A DNA stretch of 64,000 nt, taken from the IMG/VR virus record IMGVR_UViG_3300043313_000329, one strand, 5' to 3'. A program made the position numbers and the translations under genes. This DNA comes from an uncultured virus (IMG/VR IMGVR_UViG_3300043313_000329) (Duplodnaviria > Heunggongvirae > Uroviricota > Caudoviricetes). Position 1 is the first letter of the stretch, and every line of letters starts with the position of its first letter. Below the pieces are notes generated by a model. It saw nothing but the letters and a program-made list of their open reading frames with translations. It was not told the origin of the DNA and did not search any database. Shown piece after piece: positions 10,236 through 19,939 of the stretch.

Positions 10236-11002
10236 TGGACGCCATCAACGTAACGGATATTGAGGTAACCACCTACTTTGTAGATGTGGTGATGCCACAG
10301 GCCGTTGCCTTGGTTGAGGTTGAAGTAATCGACCTGTTCAAACCCATCATGGTTGACATCCCAGCGGGTGGGCCACCGGGACCACAGGGTGAACAGGGTG
10401 AGGTTGGGCCTACCGGGCCCAAGGGTGACAAAGGCGACACCGGCCCGCAAGGGCCGCAGGGTGACAAGGGCGACACCGGGGCAGAAGGCCCGGTTGGTGA
10501 GCCCGGCCAGAGCTTCACCACCTTTGAATACATGTTCAGCGCCACCGCAACCGAACCGCCCACCGGCAGTCAGGTGCGCTTCAACAACGCCAGCTATCCA
10601 CTGGTCACCAAGGTCTGGGTAAACAACAGTTCGTCACTAGGCAAAGACAACGCCAACAGCTTCAGCCTCGTTGACGCGGGCAACCGCATCTTTGTGCAAG
10701 ATAAGGATGACGCCACCCGATGGGTCAGCTTTGACTGCACCGCAGCGGGCGTCAACAAAGGGAATTACTATGAGTTCCCCGTTATGTTCAGGGACACCGG
10801 CCTGCCGCTGTCAGCGCAGCGCATCTTGCTCAACATAGCCACCCACGGCGGCATAGGTGAAGCACCGCTTGACGGCAAGGTCTACGGGCGGCAAAGCTCC
10901 GGGTGGGCCGCACTGGGCTCAGCCGCGCTGGTTGACATCCATGTAGGCACTGCGCCGCCAGCAAGTCCAACAATAGGTGATATATGGATAGACACGAACT
11001 AG
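10235..11002 (+). CDS. Collagen-repeat fibre protein, copy 1
   Basis: Gly-X-Y run, [12 protein letters not shown] motif, C-terminal [17 protein letters not shown]. Confidence 0.75.
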   Translation: MDAINVTDIEVTTYFVDVVMPQAVALVEVEVIDLFKPIMVDIPAGGPPGPQGEQGEVGPTGPKGDKGDTGPQGPQGDKGDTGAEGPVGEPGQSFTTFEYMFSATATEPPTGSQVRFNNASYPLVTKVWVNNSSSLGKDNANSFSLVDAGNRIFVQDKDDATRWVSFDCTAAGVNKGNYYEFPVMFRDTGLPLSAQRILLNIATHGGIGEAPLDGKVYGRQSSGWAALGSAALVDIHVGTAPPASPTIGDIWIDTN

Positions 11003-11292
11003 GTCAATCAAGCGACACGGCGCTGGGCGCATACCGCGTTGACACCACCAGCAATGGCGGCCACCCGGTTGATTTCTGGGTGGATATGACCATTGACCAG
11101 CTGATCTTTGTGTCAGACACGGCTCCCCCGGTTATACGCGATCAGGCCCGCGCCTACCGGGAGGCCATGGGGCAGGCGGTCAGACACGGCATGCACAGTG
11201 CCGTGATGAGCCACCACACCACGCTGCTTTACCAACTGAAAAAGGCGGGGATGCACGAAGCCGCCGCCCTCATAGAAACCATAAGGAGCTAA
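10984..11292 (+). CDS. Hypothetical protein
   Basis: In-operon ORF between structural genes. Confidence 0.55.
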   Translation: MDRHELGQSSDTALGAYRVDTTSNGGHPVDFWVDMTIDQLIFVSDTAPPVIRDQARAYREAMGQAVRHGMHSAVMSHHTTLLYQLKKAGMHEAAALIETIRS

Positions 11293-11295
11293 CCC

Positions 11296-11724
11296 ATGGC
11301 CATCACCGCAGGCGTCAATCACCAGTTCAAGATGGATGTCTTGCTGGCACTGCACAACTTCACGCTGGCTGCCAACGTCTTCAACATGGCGCTGTACCCA
11401 ACGGCGGCCACGCTTGGGCCCACCACGGCCACCTACAGCAGCACGGGTGAGTGCCCGGCCACCGGCACCTACACCACGGGCGGCAAGGCGTTGACCAATA
11501 TCACGCCTGTGTTGAACGGTAACGAAGGCTGCGTCAGTTTCCAGCCGCTGACATGGCTGGCCAGCACCATCACCGCAGGCGGCGCGCAAATCTACAACGT
11601 CACCAACAGCAACAAGAACGTGGCGGTGCTGAGCTTTGGTGGTGACAAGATCAGCAGCGCGGGTGACTTCACGGTGAGCTTTCCGGCGCAGACGGCGGGC
11701 AACGCCATCATCAGGATCACCTGA
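11296..11724 (+). CDS. Putative virion structural protein
   Basis: AAGGAG RBS; MALY..T.YS.TGE..GTYTTGGKAL..SFGGDK..GDFTVSFP pattern seen in phage virion proteins. Confidence 0.6.
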   Translation: MAITAGVNHQFKMDVLLALHNFTLAANVFNMALYPTAATLGPTTATYSSTGECPATGTYTTGGKALTNITPVLNGNEGCVSFQPLTWLASTITAGGAQIYNVTNSNKNVAVLSFGGDKISSAGDFTVSFPAQTAGNAIIRIT

Positions 11725-11727
11725 CCT

Positions 11728-12816
11728 TTGGGCAATCTTGCCAACAACCACTATACGGGACTGCGGTTTCCGTCCGGCAACTATGGCACGTCGGGCGGGC
11801 GTACCAATGTGGCGCTCAACGCTGCGCTAGTCTTCGGCACGTCGGGCAATGCTATGTCAATTCGCTATCAGGCGCGTTCAGCTGACCCCATCACTGACTT
11901 ATATGTGATGGCGGATACTGCAATCGGCAACAGCAGCAACATCACGCTGCGCTGCAACATCCGTAATGAACACGCCACCAGCGCGACGCAGCCGGGGACC
12001 ACAATACGCGCTACTTCCGCTGACGCGGCCTACGGCATCGCGGCACCGCCCAAGTGGATTAGGTTCAACTTCCCGACGCCTTACACGCCAACCATTGGTG
12101 AGACCCTGTGGTTTGTGGTTGAGAATGTTGCAGTTGCGCCAGCTACCGATTATTGCAACATACTCTGCTCGTTCAACGCGGGACCGGCATACCTCACCCT
12201 TCAGGGCAACCAAGCCGGGTACTCCACAGTGAACGGTTATTCCACGGCTGGCACGGCGCAGACCCGACCTCCGTTCGTGGTCATGCAGGGCGGCAAAAGT
12301 TTTGGCTTTGCCGCCAGCCTATTGAACGCCGCTGTGCTTGCGGCCACTGCTTCATTGAAAGGCTTTCAAATCAGGCCGCCTGTGGATATTGAGGTGTGCG
12401 GCTGGATGACCGCCGTCCCCAACGGCGTGATGACCGGCATCCGCATCTATGACAATGCGACGCCGCCGAACGGCACGCCGCTCTACACGTTGCCGCTTGG
12501 AACTCAGACTAACCAGAGCCGTGACGAATTGATTGGTGCCAAGTATTTTGCGCCCTTCATTTTGAACGGCGGCACCACCTACAACGTGGTCACATCATGG
12601 GCCACCACGGGCGGGCTTGGCGGTGCCACCATTGAGGATTATGCCAGCTTCCCGTCGGTATTTGATGACTTGGTAGATGGCTTTACCAACTGCTGGCCAG
12701 TCCAAGATGTCGGCAATGTCTGGACGCTGACCAAGAACGGCTACCTCAACCAGAACCTGATCGTCAGTGATATTTTGAAATCTGGCAGCCGCGCCAGCTA
12801 CGCATTGGGGGCCTGA
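11728..12816 (+). CDS. Hypothetical beta-rich virion protein
   Basis: 362-aa ORF filling the operon; TTG start uncertain. Confidence 0.55.
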   Translation: MGNLANNHYTGLRFPSGNYGTSGGRTNVALNAALVFGTSGNAMSIRYQARSADPITDLYVMADTAIGNSSNITLRCNIRNEHATSATQPGTTIRATSADAAYGIAAPPKWIRFNFPTPYTPTIGETLWFVVENVAVAPATDYCNILCSFNAGPAYLTLQGNQAGYSTVNGYSTAGTAQTRPPFVVMQGGKSFGFAASLLNAAVLAATASLKGFQIRPPVDIEVCGWMTAVPNGVMTGIRIYDNATPPNGTPLYTLPLGTQTNQSRDELIGAKYFAPFILNGGTTYNVVTSWATTGGLGGATIEDYASFPSVFDDLVDGFTNCWPVQDVGNVWTLTKNGYLNQNLIVSDILKSGSRASYALGA

Positions 12817-12817
12817 C

Positions 12818-13132
12818 ATGGCAGCACCGTACAATCCCCCAGTGAAGGGTGAAGATTTCGTCATGCGCATTGCGCTGACTGACTATGCCACCAGCGGCAC
12901 TTTGCGAATAAGTCCCACCATTGCAGCCGGTGACTTCAAGATCAGCAAAGACGGCGGCGCGCTGGCTGATCTGGCCGTGCTGCCGGTGATTGAGCCCGCA
13001 GGCAGCATGTGGGTGAAGGTGGCGCTCAGTGCCTCTGAAATGACCGCAGACACCGTGGCCGTGCAGGCCGTGGACCAGACCGCCGTCAAGGAGTGGGCTG
13101 ACTGGGCAATCTGCCTGCTGACCACGGCATGA
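12818..13132 (+). CDS. Hypothetical virion protein
   Basis: GDFKISKDGGA..L..LP motif; in the structural operon. Confidence 0.55.
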   Translation: MAAPYNPPVKGEDFVMRIALTDYATSGTLRISPTIAAGDFKISKDGGALADLAVLPVIEPAGSMWVKVALSASEMTADTVAVQAVDQTAVKEWADWAICLLTTA

Positions 13133-13136
13133 GCCC

Positions 13137-13652
13137 ATGGCGCTGTACCGCCTATTCTTTGGCGCTCAACAGGCAGGCCCGCCTACGGGCAACGTCACCG
13201 TCTACCCCACGGGCGTTGCCGCTGGCGCGGCGCTGGGCACGGCGCTGTATGTTGAGCCACCGGTTGGTTGGGATAGCACCATCAACTACTTCGGCAAAAT
13301 CACGTTCAGCGATAACAACAAGATAGCGACGGCGGCAGCCAACTCCGGCAGCAACGAACTTTGGTCGGTGGTCACGCACAACAACGGCAAGTATTTTGCG
13401 GAGGTGAAATTCAACGGCGGCGTGGCCCCGGCAGTGGGTCTGCTGTCACCCATATTCAACGGCCCCTACATCACCCAGAATGGGGATGTCTATGTCTCAC
13501 GCGCCGCAGGCACCACGCCCTATGTGGGCCTGTTTGCGCCGTTGGTGCAGGGTGACGTGATAGGCATGGCCGTAGACATAGATGCGGGCAAGGCATGGTT
13601 CCGCGTCAACGGCGGGCCGTGGAACAATGACCCGGCGCAGGGGCCTGTCTGA
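13137..13652 (+). CDS. SPRY/B30.2-like protein lacking its C-terminal strands
   Basis: FSDNNKIAT..GKYFAEV..GDVIGMAVDIDAGKAWFRVNG; TGATG coupling to the next gene. Confidence 0.65.
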   Translation: MALYRLFFGAQQAGPPTGNVTVYPTGVAAGAALGTALYVEPPVGWDSTINYFGKITFSDNNKIATAAANSGSNELWSVVTHNNGKYFAEVKFNGGVAPAVGLLSPIFNGPYITQNGDVYVSRAAGTTPYVGLFAPLVQGDVIGMAVDIDAGKAWFRVNGGPWNNDPAQGPV

Positions 13653-16600
13653 TGTCGGTTTACCTTGCTCCAATTGTCCCAACTTCTGACAAGGCCGCTG
13701 AAACATCCATCGGCACCTACGCGACAATTAGAAATGAGACGGGGCCAACCGCAACGCCGGGAGCTACAACCCGGCTTGGTCAGCGCGGTGTCGCTGGCCC
13801 ATACGCTTGTGCTCAGTATTTTTTGACAATTGATACACGGGCAATCCCGGTAGGGACTAATGCTACATTAACTCTCAGTGCAACTGCCGCAAACGCAGCA
13901 AATGCGGATACCCTAGAAGTTCGTGAGGTTTCATCAGCAGCGAACCTGATAGCTGGCGATAGTCTTGCATCGTTCCCTTTATTGGGCACAGCAGCGGGCC
14001 CAACCGCAACCGGCAGTTTCTCGATTCCCATCAATACGACTTCTATGTCGAGGAGCAGCGCGACCATCCTGCTGGTCCATTCACAAAAGCAGCGAACGGC
14101 AGTTGCTCCACCTTCTACGGATGGGATTACCATTTCCACAATGGCCGCAGCGGCGGCGAGCAGGCCACAGCTTGTCTTGGCCGGGCCGTGGTCCCTCGTT
14201 GGCGTAGGTGCCGTTGCTGAGACCGCCACCACAACGCTGACGTTGACCGAACCGGCGGGCGTCCAGGCCGGTGATCTGCTGGTGGCCTGTATCGCCGGTC
14301 GAGGTTTAAGCGCGACAAACGGAGTTTTGACCGCACCGCCTACTGGGTGGACGTTTGTCGGCAACAAAGGTCAAGGCAACACGTCGACGAACACCTCTGC
14401 ACTTGCAGACGGTTGTATGTGCTATGCAATACGGGGAGCGTCAGCGCCGAGCTTGGTATTTAATCCAACGTTCGCGAGTTTGGCTCTGGGACGGATTGTC
14501 GCTTATCGCGGCAACGCGCAGACTTCGCCGCTCGATGCTTCAACCACGGTTGCCACGGCCAGCGCCATCACGGCAGTCAGCGTCACCGGCCTGACGACGA
14601 CACAGGATGATGACCTCATCGTCGCCATGTGCGCTGGCGGGCAAGAAGCTGCGTGGTCGTCTTTCGGGGCGAATATTCCGGGGTTCCCCAGCGGTGCGAC
14701 CGACACCACAACCGCGCCGAAGACGGATACATGGACCGAACGCGCCGACAGCAACACCGTTACTGGCGCTGACACGTCGCTGGCCATCTTCGATGCAGTC
14801 AAGGCGGCTGCTGGCGCAACAGGCAACCTGAGCGCCACTGCCTCGCTTGCTGCCGGTCATGTCGTTATCGCCGGGGCGTTCAAGCTCGCGCCGCCGTCAA
14901 CGGCGGATGCGTGGAATGCCAACGACCTGTCGGCCGGTGTCACGCTTTCAAACAGTGACAAGACCGCCACACATGCGGCGGGTGCCGTTTCTCACGTTAA
15001 ATCAACATCGTATCAGACCACAGGGAAGTGCTATGTAGAGATATCGTTAACCACAGCCGCCCCAACTACGGTTTTCGTTGGTATTTGTAAGAGCACTGCG
15101 GTTACATCCGCAGCGGTTATTACAAGTGCTAACAATGGAATACGCTATGCAAATGCTGGCGATGCCTATGGTAACGCGGGCTATATAAATTCGATAGGGA
15201 CATATACGTCTGGCGATATCATAAGCATTGCTGCGGACCTTGATAATGATCTGTTTTGGATAAGGAAGAACAGCGGAAACTGGAACAACAGCGGCACCGC
15301 CAACCCGGCGACCGGCGTTGGCGGGATGAGTTCCGCGACAAGCGGCGCGCAGGCGGTCTTCATGTATACGGACGCCGCCGGGGCGTTCAACGCCACCATT
15401 CGCACGGAAGCTGCCGAACTCACGCAGACCACACCGTCAGGGTTCCTGTCATGGATGGGCGAAGCGCTCACCGTTGACCCCAACGTCACCGTCACGCCAA
15501 CGGGCGTCAGCGCGGCAACAGCGGTAGGCACGGCCAGCGTCACCGCTGCGCAGAACGTCAGCATTGATGCCACGGGTGTTGCAGCAACCACGGCGCTGGG
15601 CACGGCCACGGCAAGCGTCAAGGTCAGCACCAGCGCCACCGGCCAGACGGCAGCCACGGCTCTGGGCACACCAACAGTCAGCGGCAAAGCCAACATCACG
15701 GGCACTGGCGTCAGCGCTAGCGCACAGGCGGGCACCGCCACGGCCACGGGCGTTACCAACGTCAGCACCACACCTGCGGGCGTCAGCGCTGCAACGGCTG
15801 CGGGTGCGGTCACCGTCACCACCAGTACAGTTGTCAACGTCAGCGTCACACCAGCGGGCGTCAGCGCCGCCATGGCTCTAGGCACTGCCACGGCCACGGG
15901 CGTCACCAACGTCAGCACCACGCCTGCGAGCGTGGCCGCAGCCACAGCGCTGGGCACCGCTACGGCCACCGGCAAGACCAACATCAGCACTACGCCTGCG
16001 AGCGTGGCGGCAGCCACGGCGCTAGGCACCGTCAGCGCCTCAGCTGGCGGCAGTGTCAGCACAACGCCAGCGGGCGTCAGCGCTGGCACGTCTCTAGGCA
16101 CCGCCACGGCCACCGGCAAAACCAACATCAGCACCACGCCGAGCAGTGTCAGCGCGGCTACGGCGCTGGGCACCGCCACAGCCACGGGCGCTAGTGCACC
16201 CAACGGCTTCAGCCTTGACCCCGGTCTCAACTACGCAGTCTATGCCGAAATCAACAACAGCGATGTCGTACGCATCAACACGGCTCCCCCGGATAACCCT
16301 GCCGGTTACGACAACTGGTACGGTGAAGACGCGGCTGTACCGGTCAACGTCACTGTCAGCCCAACCGGGGAGGCCGCTGGGGCTCTGCTGGGCGCGGTCA
16401 CCGTCACGGGTGGCCTCAGTGCCAGCGTCACGCCAGCGGGCGTCAGCGCCGCTGGGGCTCTGGGCACGGTCACGGCCACGGCAGGCATCGGCATTGTTGA
16501 CCAGATCATGGAGATCGGCGGCAAGACGCTGGCCAGTGCGGGTGATTGGCGGCCTCTGGACACTCTTGACGCTGAGGTTGCTGTCACCAGCATCGTCAGC

Positions 16601-19315
16601 CAAGTTGGCTGCACGCGCACGTGGACCGCGCCCGGTGGCAAGATCGTTGCCAATGGTGCGCCGCTTGCAGACCACAACAAGGTGCTGTCAGTTGCTACGG
16701 CTCTGGGCACAATCAACGTCACCATCAAGTCAAGCGGCCTTGACGCTGACGGCAATGACCTTGCGGTGTCGTATTCAGCCTCAGACATAGCAGAGGTTGC
16801 CGCAGCGTACCGCAGACCGGAACTGGCGTTTGGTGACAATATCCTGTTGCGTACCGGCGACGGCCCGTACAACCCGCTGCAAAACGTGGATATCTTCCGC
16901 GCCGCAGCTGAGGGTGCGATTGACGGTACATGGGTGCCGCCATCACTCTATAACCCCGACCAGCCTGATCAAGGCTATGATCTGGATACCGGCAGCTTCA
17001 TCACGATCACCAAGCACGCCGGTGCCAACCCGGTCGCCAGTAAAATCCGCATTCGCGGCAATGGCGGTAGCGTCCACGGCGGCGCGATGTACATCCGCGT
17101 CAAGGGTTTGAAAATCGTATTCACGCCGCTGACCACATTTGTCTACCCCGGCTCAACGGCATTCAACCTATGCGGCCTTGTATGTGATCTGGGCGGTCAC
17201 ACGGTTGCTTTTGATGAAAATGATGTATCCAGCCAGTATGACGAAGCCCTTGCTGATGGGATGCAGCAGTATTCCGGCATTTATTCAGCTACCGGCCCGG
17301 CATGGATACAGGATAATGACATTCACCATGTCGCGTGCGGCATCTCGCTCGGTGCCGGTCTCGTAACGTCAAGGTCTACCGATACGGCAGTCGTAGGTAA
17401 CAACCTTTATCATTGGTATGCCGATTGCATCGGAGTGAACCCAGCCGACCGTCAGCTAATTGCCTACAACCACATCTACGACATACGCATCCATACGCCC
17501 GGACTGTTCGGACCCAACAACGATTTGCATCCTGACTGCTGTCAGTTTGCAAACGCATCTATGACCGCCACCAACGTCCGGGTCATCGGCAATCGCCTCC
17601 AGCAGGGCGATTATGTGATCGACCCGGCGAACTCCAGCCACGGCGCGCAGGGCATCCCGTTTGGTGGCCCCAACCCGGCGACGTGGATCATTGGCTCGAT
17701 CACCGACACAACGCTGACGGTCACTGATCGCGGCACTATTGCCAACAGCGGCGGGCGCGCGGTTGCCATCACTGATGGCATGATGGTCTACGGTGCGGGC
17801 GTTGCGCCCGGCACGCAGATCGTGTTCCCGCTTCTGAGCGGCACGGCGACGGGCACCTTTACCGTTGCCGTCTCAATACCGCAGAACGTTGCCGCTGGGC
17901 CGCAGATGGCGATCCACGAAGTCCGTGACGCCGTGATCGCCGGCAACTTGGTCGTCATGGCCGAGCAGGCCAACCTGATCAACCCCGGTGGGTGGGTCAA
18001 TGCAATCATCCGTAACAACACTGCCGTTCAAGACACGCAGGGCGCACTGGGCAACGGCACGATCTACCCGGTGAACCCAAGCGGACATGATATCCAGTAT
18101 AATGTTGCCAACATGGTTGGCCCTGACGTTAACCAGATCGGCACAATAGTCAGGACACCATCAACAGGCTACGCGCAAAATAAGCTCGTATCACAAGCCA
18201 ACTACGCAACCGTCTTCGCAGCCCCGGCCAGCGGCACTGCCGTCACCAACCTCGCAGAGCAATTTGACATTCTGCCCGGCGTCACCACGCCCGGTGCCCC
18301 TGACATCATACCCGGTGCCAACTCAACCTACATTCAGCATGGTGAGCGCCTGCCCGGCCAGAAGTGGGATCGCACGGGCCGCGAGCATTACTTCCCGTGG
18401 GAAGTCATCACCAACGTAAACGTCACGCCAGCAGGGGTCAGCGCGTCTGCCACAACCGGGGGAGTGAGCGTAGCAGTCGGCGGTGGGGTCAGCACACAGC
18501 CAACTGGATTGGCATTGACCGCCACTACCGGTACCGCTACGGCTACCGGCCAGCAGAACGTGTCAACACCCGCCAGCGGCAACAGCGCTGCCACGCAGGT
18601 GGGGACACCATCTGTCAGTGTCAGCACGTCGGTGACGCCTAACGGCCTTACAGCAGCGTCTGCACTGGGTGCCGCCACGGCTCTGGGCAAGCAAACCGTA
18701 GCTGTGGCGGTCACCGGGGTCAGCGCCGCAGCGGCGTTGGGCGGGGCCAGCGCTTCAGCTGGCGGCAGCATTAGCATCACACCAGCTGGCGTCACCGCCA
18801 GCGCGCAGGCAGGCACGCCAGCGGCCACCGCCAAGCAGAATGTCACTGTCACGCCTGTGGGCGTTGCTGCGGCCAGCCAGCTGGGTGTATCCACAGCCAG
18901 CGCCAAGATCAACATCAGCACCATGCCTGCGGGCACGGTGGTCACCACGGCGCTGGGCGCGGTCACCGTCACCGCCAAGATCAACGTCAACGTCATGCCG
19001 GTGGGCGTGGCGGCGGCCACGGCTCTGGGTGGGGCCAGCGTCTCAGCCGGTGGCAGCATCACGGCAGCACCTGTGGCCGTCACGGCGCAGGCGCAGCTGG
19101 GCACGGTCACCGTCACCACCAAGCAGGCCGTCACTGTCACCCCTGCGGGCGTGTGGACCGCAGCGGTGACCGGCACGGCCACGGCGGTGGGTACTACAGG
19201 TGGCATAGGTGTCTGGATGGGCACCGCATGGCAACAGAAACCGGTCAAGGTATGGACTGGCAGCGCATGGGCAACCAAGCCGCCCAAGACGTGGACTGGT
19301 AGCGCTTGGGTTTAA
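13652..19315 (+). CDS. Giant adhesin/fibre protein (SPRY-like domain, Thr/Ala/Val repeats, right-handed beta-helix)
   Basis: 1887 aa; SPRY-like ~14900-15460; parallel beta-helix pattern (IQDNDIHH, VGNNLYH, IAYNHIYD, HPDCCQF, IRNNT) ~17050-18150; three C-terminal WxGxxW motifs. Confidence 0.75.
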   Translation: MSVYLAPIVPTSDKAAETSIGTYATIRNETGPTATPGATTRLGQRGVAGPYACAQYFLTIDTRAIPVGTNATLTLSATAANAANADTLEVREVSSAANLIAGDSLASFPLLGTAAGPTATGSFSIPINTTSMSRSSATILLVHSQKQRTAVAPPSTDGITISTMAAAAASRPQLVLAGPWSLVGVGAVAETATTTLTLTEPAGVQAGDLLVACIAGRGLSATNGVLTAPPTGWTFVGNKGQGNTSTNTSALADGCMCYAIRGASAPSLVFNPTFASLALGRIVAYRGNAQTSPLDASTTVATASAITAVSVTGLTTTQDDDLIVAMCAGGQEAAWSSFGANIPGFPSGATDTTTAPKTDTWTERADSNTVTGADTSLAIFDAVKAAAGATGNLSATASLAAGHVVIAGAFKLAPPSTADAWNANDLSAGVTLSNSDKTATHAAGAVSHVKSTSYQTTGKCYVEISLTTAAPTTVFVGICKSTAVTSAAVITSANNGIRYANAGDAYGNAGYINSIGTYTSGDIISIAADLDNDLFWIRKNSGNWNNSGTANPATGVGGMSSATSGAQAVFMYTDAAGAFNATIRTEAAELTQTTPSGFLSWMGEALTVDPNVTVTPTGVSAATAVGTASVTAAQNVSIDATGVAATTALGTATASVKVSTSATGQTAATALGTPTVSGKANITGTGVSASAQAGTATATGVTNVSTTPAGVSAATAAGAVTVTTSTVVNVSVTPAGVSAAMALGTATATGVTNVSTTPASVAAATALGTATATGKTNISTTPASVAAATALGTVSASAGGSVSTTPAGVSAGTSLGTATATGKTNISTTPSSVSAATALGTATATGASAPNGFSLDPGLNYAVYAEINNSDVVRINTAPPDNPAGYDNWYGEDAAVPVNVTVSPTGEAAGALLGAVTVTGGLSASVTPAGVSAAGALGTVTATAGIGIVDQIMEIGGKTLASAGDWRPLDTLDAEVAVTSIVSQVGCTRTWTAPGGKIVANGAPLADHNKVLSVATALGTINVTIKSSGLDADGNDLAVSYSASDIAEVAAAYRRPELAFGDNILLRTGDGPYNPLQNVDIFRAAAEGAIDGTWVPPSLYNPDQPDQGYDLDTGSFITITKHAGANPVASKIRIRGNGGSVHGGAMYIRVKGLKIVFTPLTTFVYPGSTAFNLCGLVCDLGGHTVAFDENDVSSQYDEALADGMQQYSGIYSATGPAWIQDNDIHHVACGISLGAGLVTSRSTDTAVVGNNLYHWYADCIGVNPADRQLIAYNHIYDIRIHTPGLFGPNNDLHPDCCQFANASMTATNVRVIGNRLQQGDYVIDPANSSHGAQGIPFGGPNPATWIIGSITDTTLTVTDRGTIANSGGRAVAITDGMMVYGAGVAPGTQIVFPLLSGTATGTFTVAVSIPQNVAAGPQMAIHEVRDAVIAGNLVVMAEQANLINPGGWVNAIIRNNTAVQDTQGALGNGTIYPVNPSGHDIQYNVANMVGPDVNQIGTIVRTPSTGYAQNKLVSQANYATVFAAPASGTAVTNLAEQFDILPGVTTPGAPDIIPGANSTYIQHGERLPGQKWDRTGREHYFPWEVITNVNVTPAGVSASATTGGVSVAVGGGVSTQPTGLALTATTGTATATGQQNVSTPASGNSAATQVGTPSVSVSTSVTPNGLTAASALGAATALGKQTVAVAVTGVSAAAALGGASASAGGSISITPAGVTASAQAGTPAATAKQNVTVTPVGVAAASQLGVSTASAKINISTMPAGTVVTTALGAVTVTAKINVNVMPVGVAAATALGGASVSAGGSITAAPVAVTAQAQLGTVTVTTKQAVTVTPAGVWTAAVTGTATAVGTTGGIGVWMGTAWQQKPVKVWTGSAWATKPPKTWTGSAWV
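15480..16195 (+). repeat. Coding tandem repeats (~25-28 aa, NVSxTPAGVSAATALGTATATG)
   Basis: Visible in the translation; a second block lies at ~18410-19195. Confidence 0.8.
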
Positions 19316-19325
19316 GGAGAACGTG

Positions 19326-19553
19326 ATGACCCTTACTGGTCTGGTACTTGGTCTGCTCAACATAGCTCTGGTGGTGGCCATCATGATGCTGGTGGGGGCT
19401 GTCATCGTGTGGGGGCTGTCACTGATGGCCATGCCGGTGCCAGCTACGGTACAAAAGGGGTACATGGTGGTGGTGGGGCTGGTCGCCCTGTACATGGTTG
19501 CGGCACTGCTTTTTGGCATACCAACCATTCATGTGATCACTAGCGGCATTTAG
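19326..19553 (+). CDS. Small membrane protein
   Basis: AAGGAG RBS; two hydrophobic helices. Confidence 0.6.
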   Translation: MTLTGLVLGLLNIALVVAIMMLVGAVIVWGLSLMAMPVPATVQKGYMVVVGLVALYMVAALLFGIPTIHVITSGI

Positions 19554-19573
19554 CGTGCCCGCTGGGGTGCCTA

Positions 19574-19638
19574 GCAGCCCCGCCAGCGCGTTTTGTAGGG
19601 CTGGGTGGTGTCTGTGGCCGGGGCACCGCTCAGAAACG
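19574..19638. repeat. Dispersed element A copy 1 (CGTTT-N40-AAACG)
   Basis: First 32 nt match 50185-50216 at 28/32 positions; same CGTTT/AAACG spacing. Confidence 0.7.
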
Positions 19639-19669
19639 TCTGCACGGCCCGTCTGTGAGGTTTTGAGAA

Positions 19670-19867
19670 ATGTCTGAAAACGCAGCTACCGCGATACCAA
19701 CTGATTTCTACACTGACCAAGGCTTCGTGAAGTCATGCGGCATGAGTTCACACCCGCGTCAGGGCGACACCGTGGTGATCGACGGCAAGATGTATGAGGT
19801 GGTCAAGCTGGCGTGGGACTTTGACGTGGGCGGCATACCGCTGCTGGTGCGCATCAACGTCAAGTAA
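19670..19867 (+). CDS. Small hypothetical protein
   Basis: GAGG RBS; resembles 49478-49672. Confidence 0.5.
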   Translation: MSENAATAIPTDFYTDQGFVKSCGMSSHPRQGDTVVIDGKMYEVVKLAWDFDVGGIPLLVRINVK

Positions 19868-19872
19868 GGGGA

Positions 19873-19912
19873 GGGACGGCCTCTCGGGGGTTAACAAAAG
19901 GCCGTCCCCTTT
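19873..19912. terminator. Hairpin at convergent junction
   Basis: GGGACGGCCT/AGGCCGTCCC 10-bp stem followed by CTTT. Confidence 0.55.
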
Positions 19913-19939
19913 CACAAGCTACCCATTAGGCGGGGGCAG

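Noticed and set aside
15480..19195. Regularly spaced repeats as a CRISPR array or DGR template
   Set aside because: Repeats are degenerate, in-frame and protein-coding; no cas or reverse transcriptase gene is seen.
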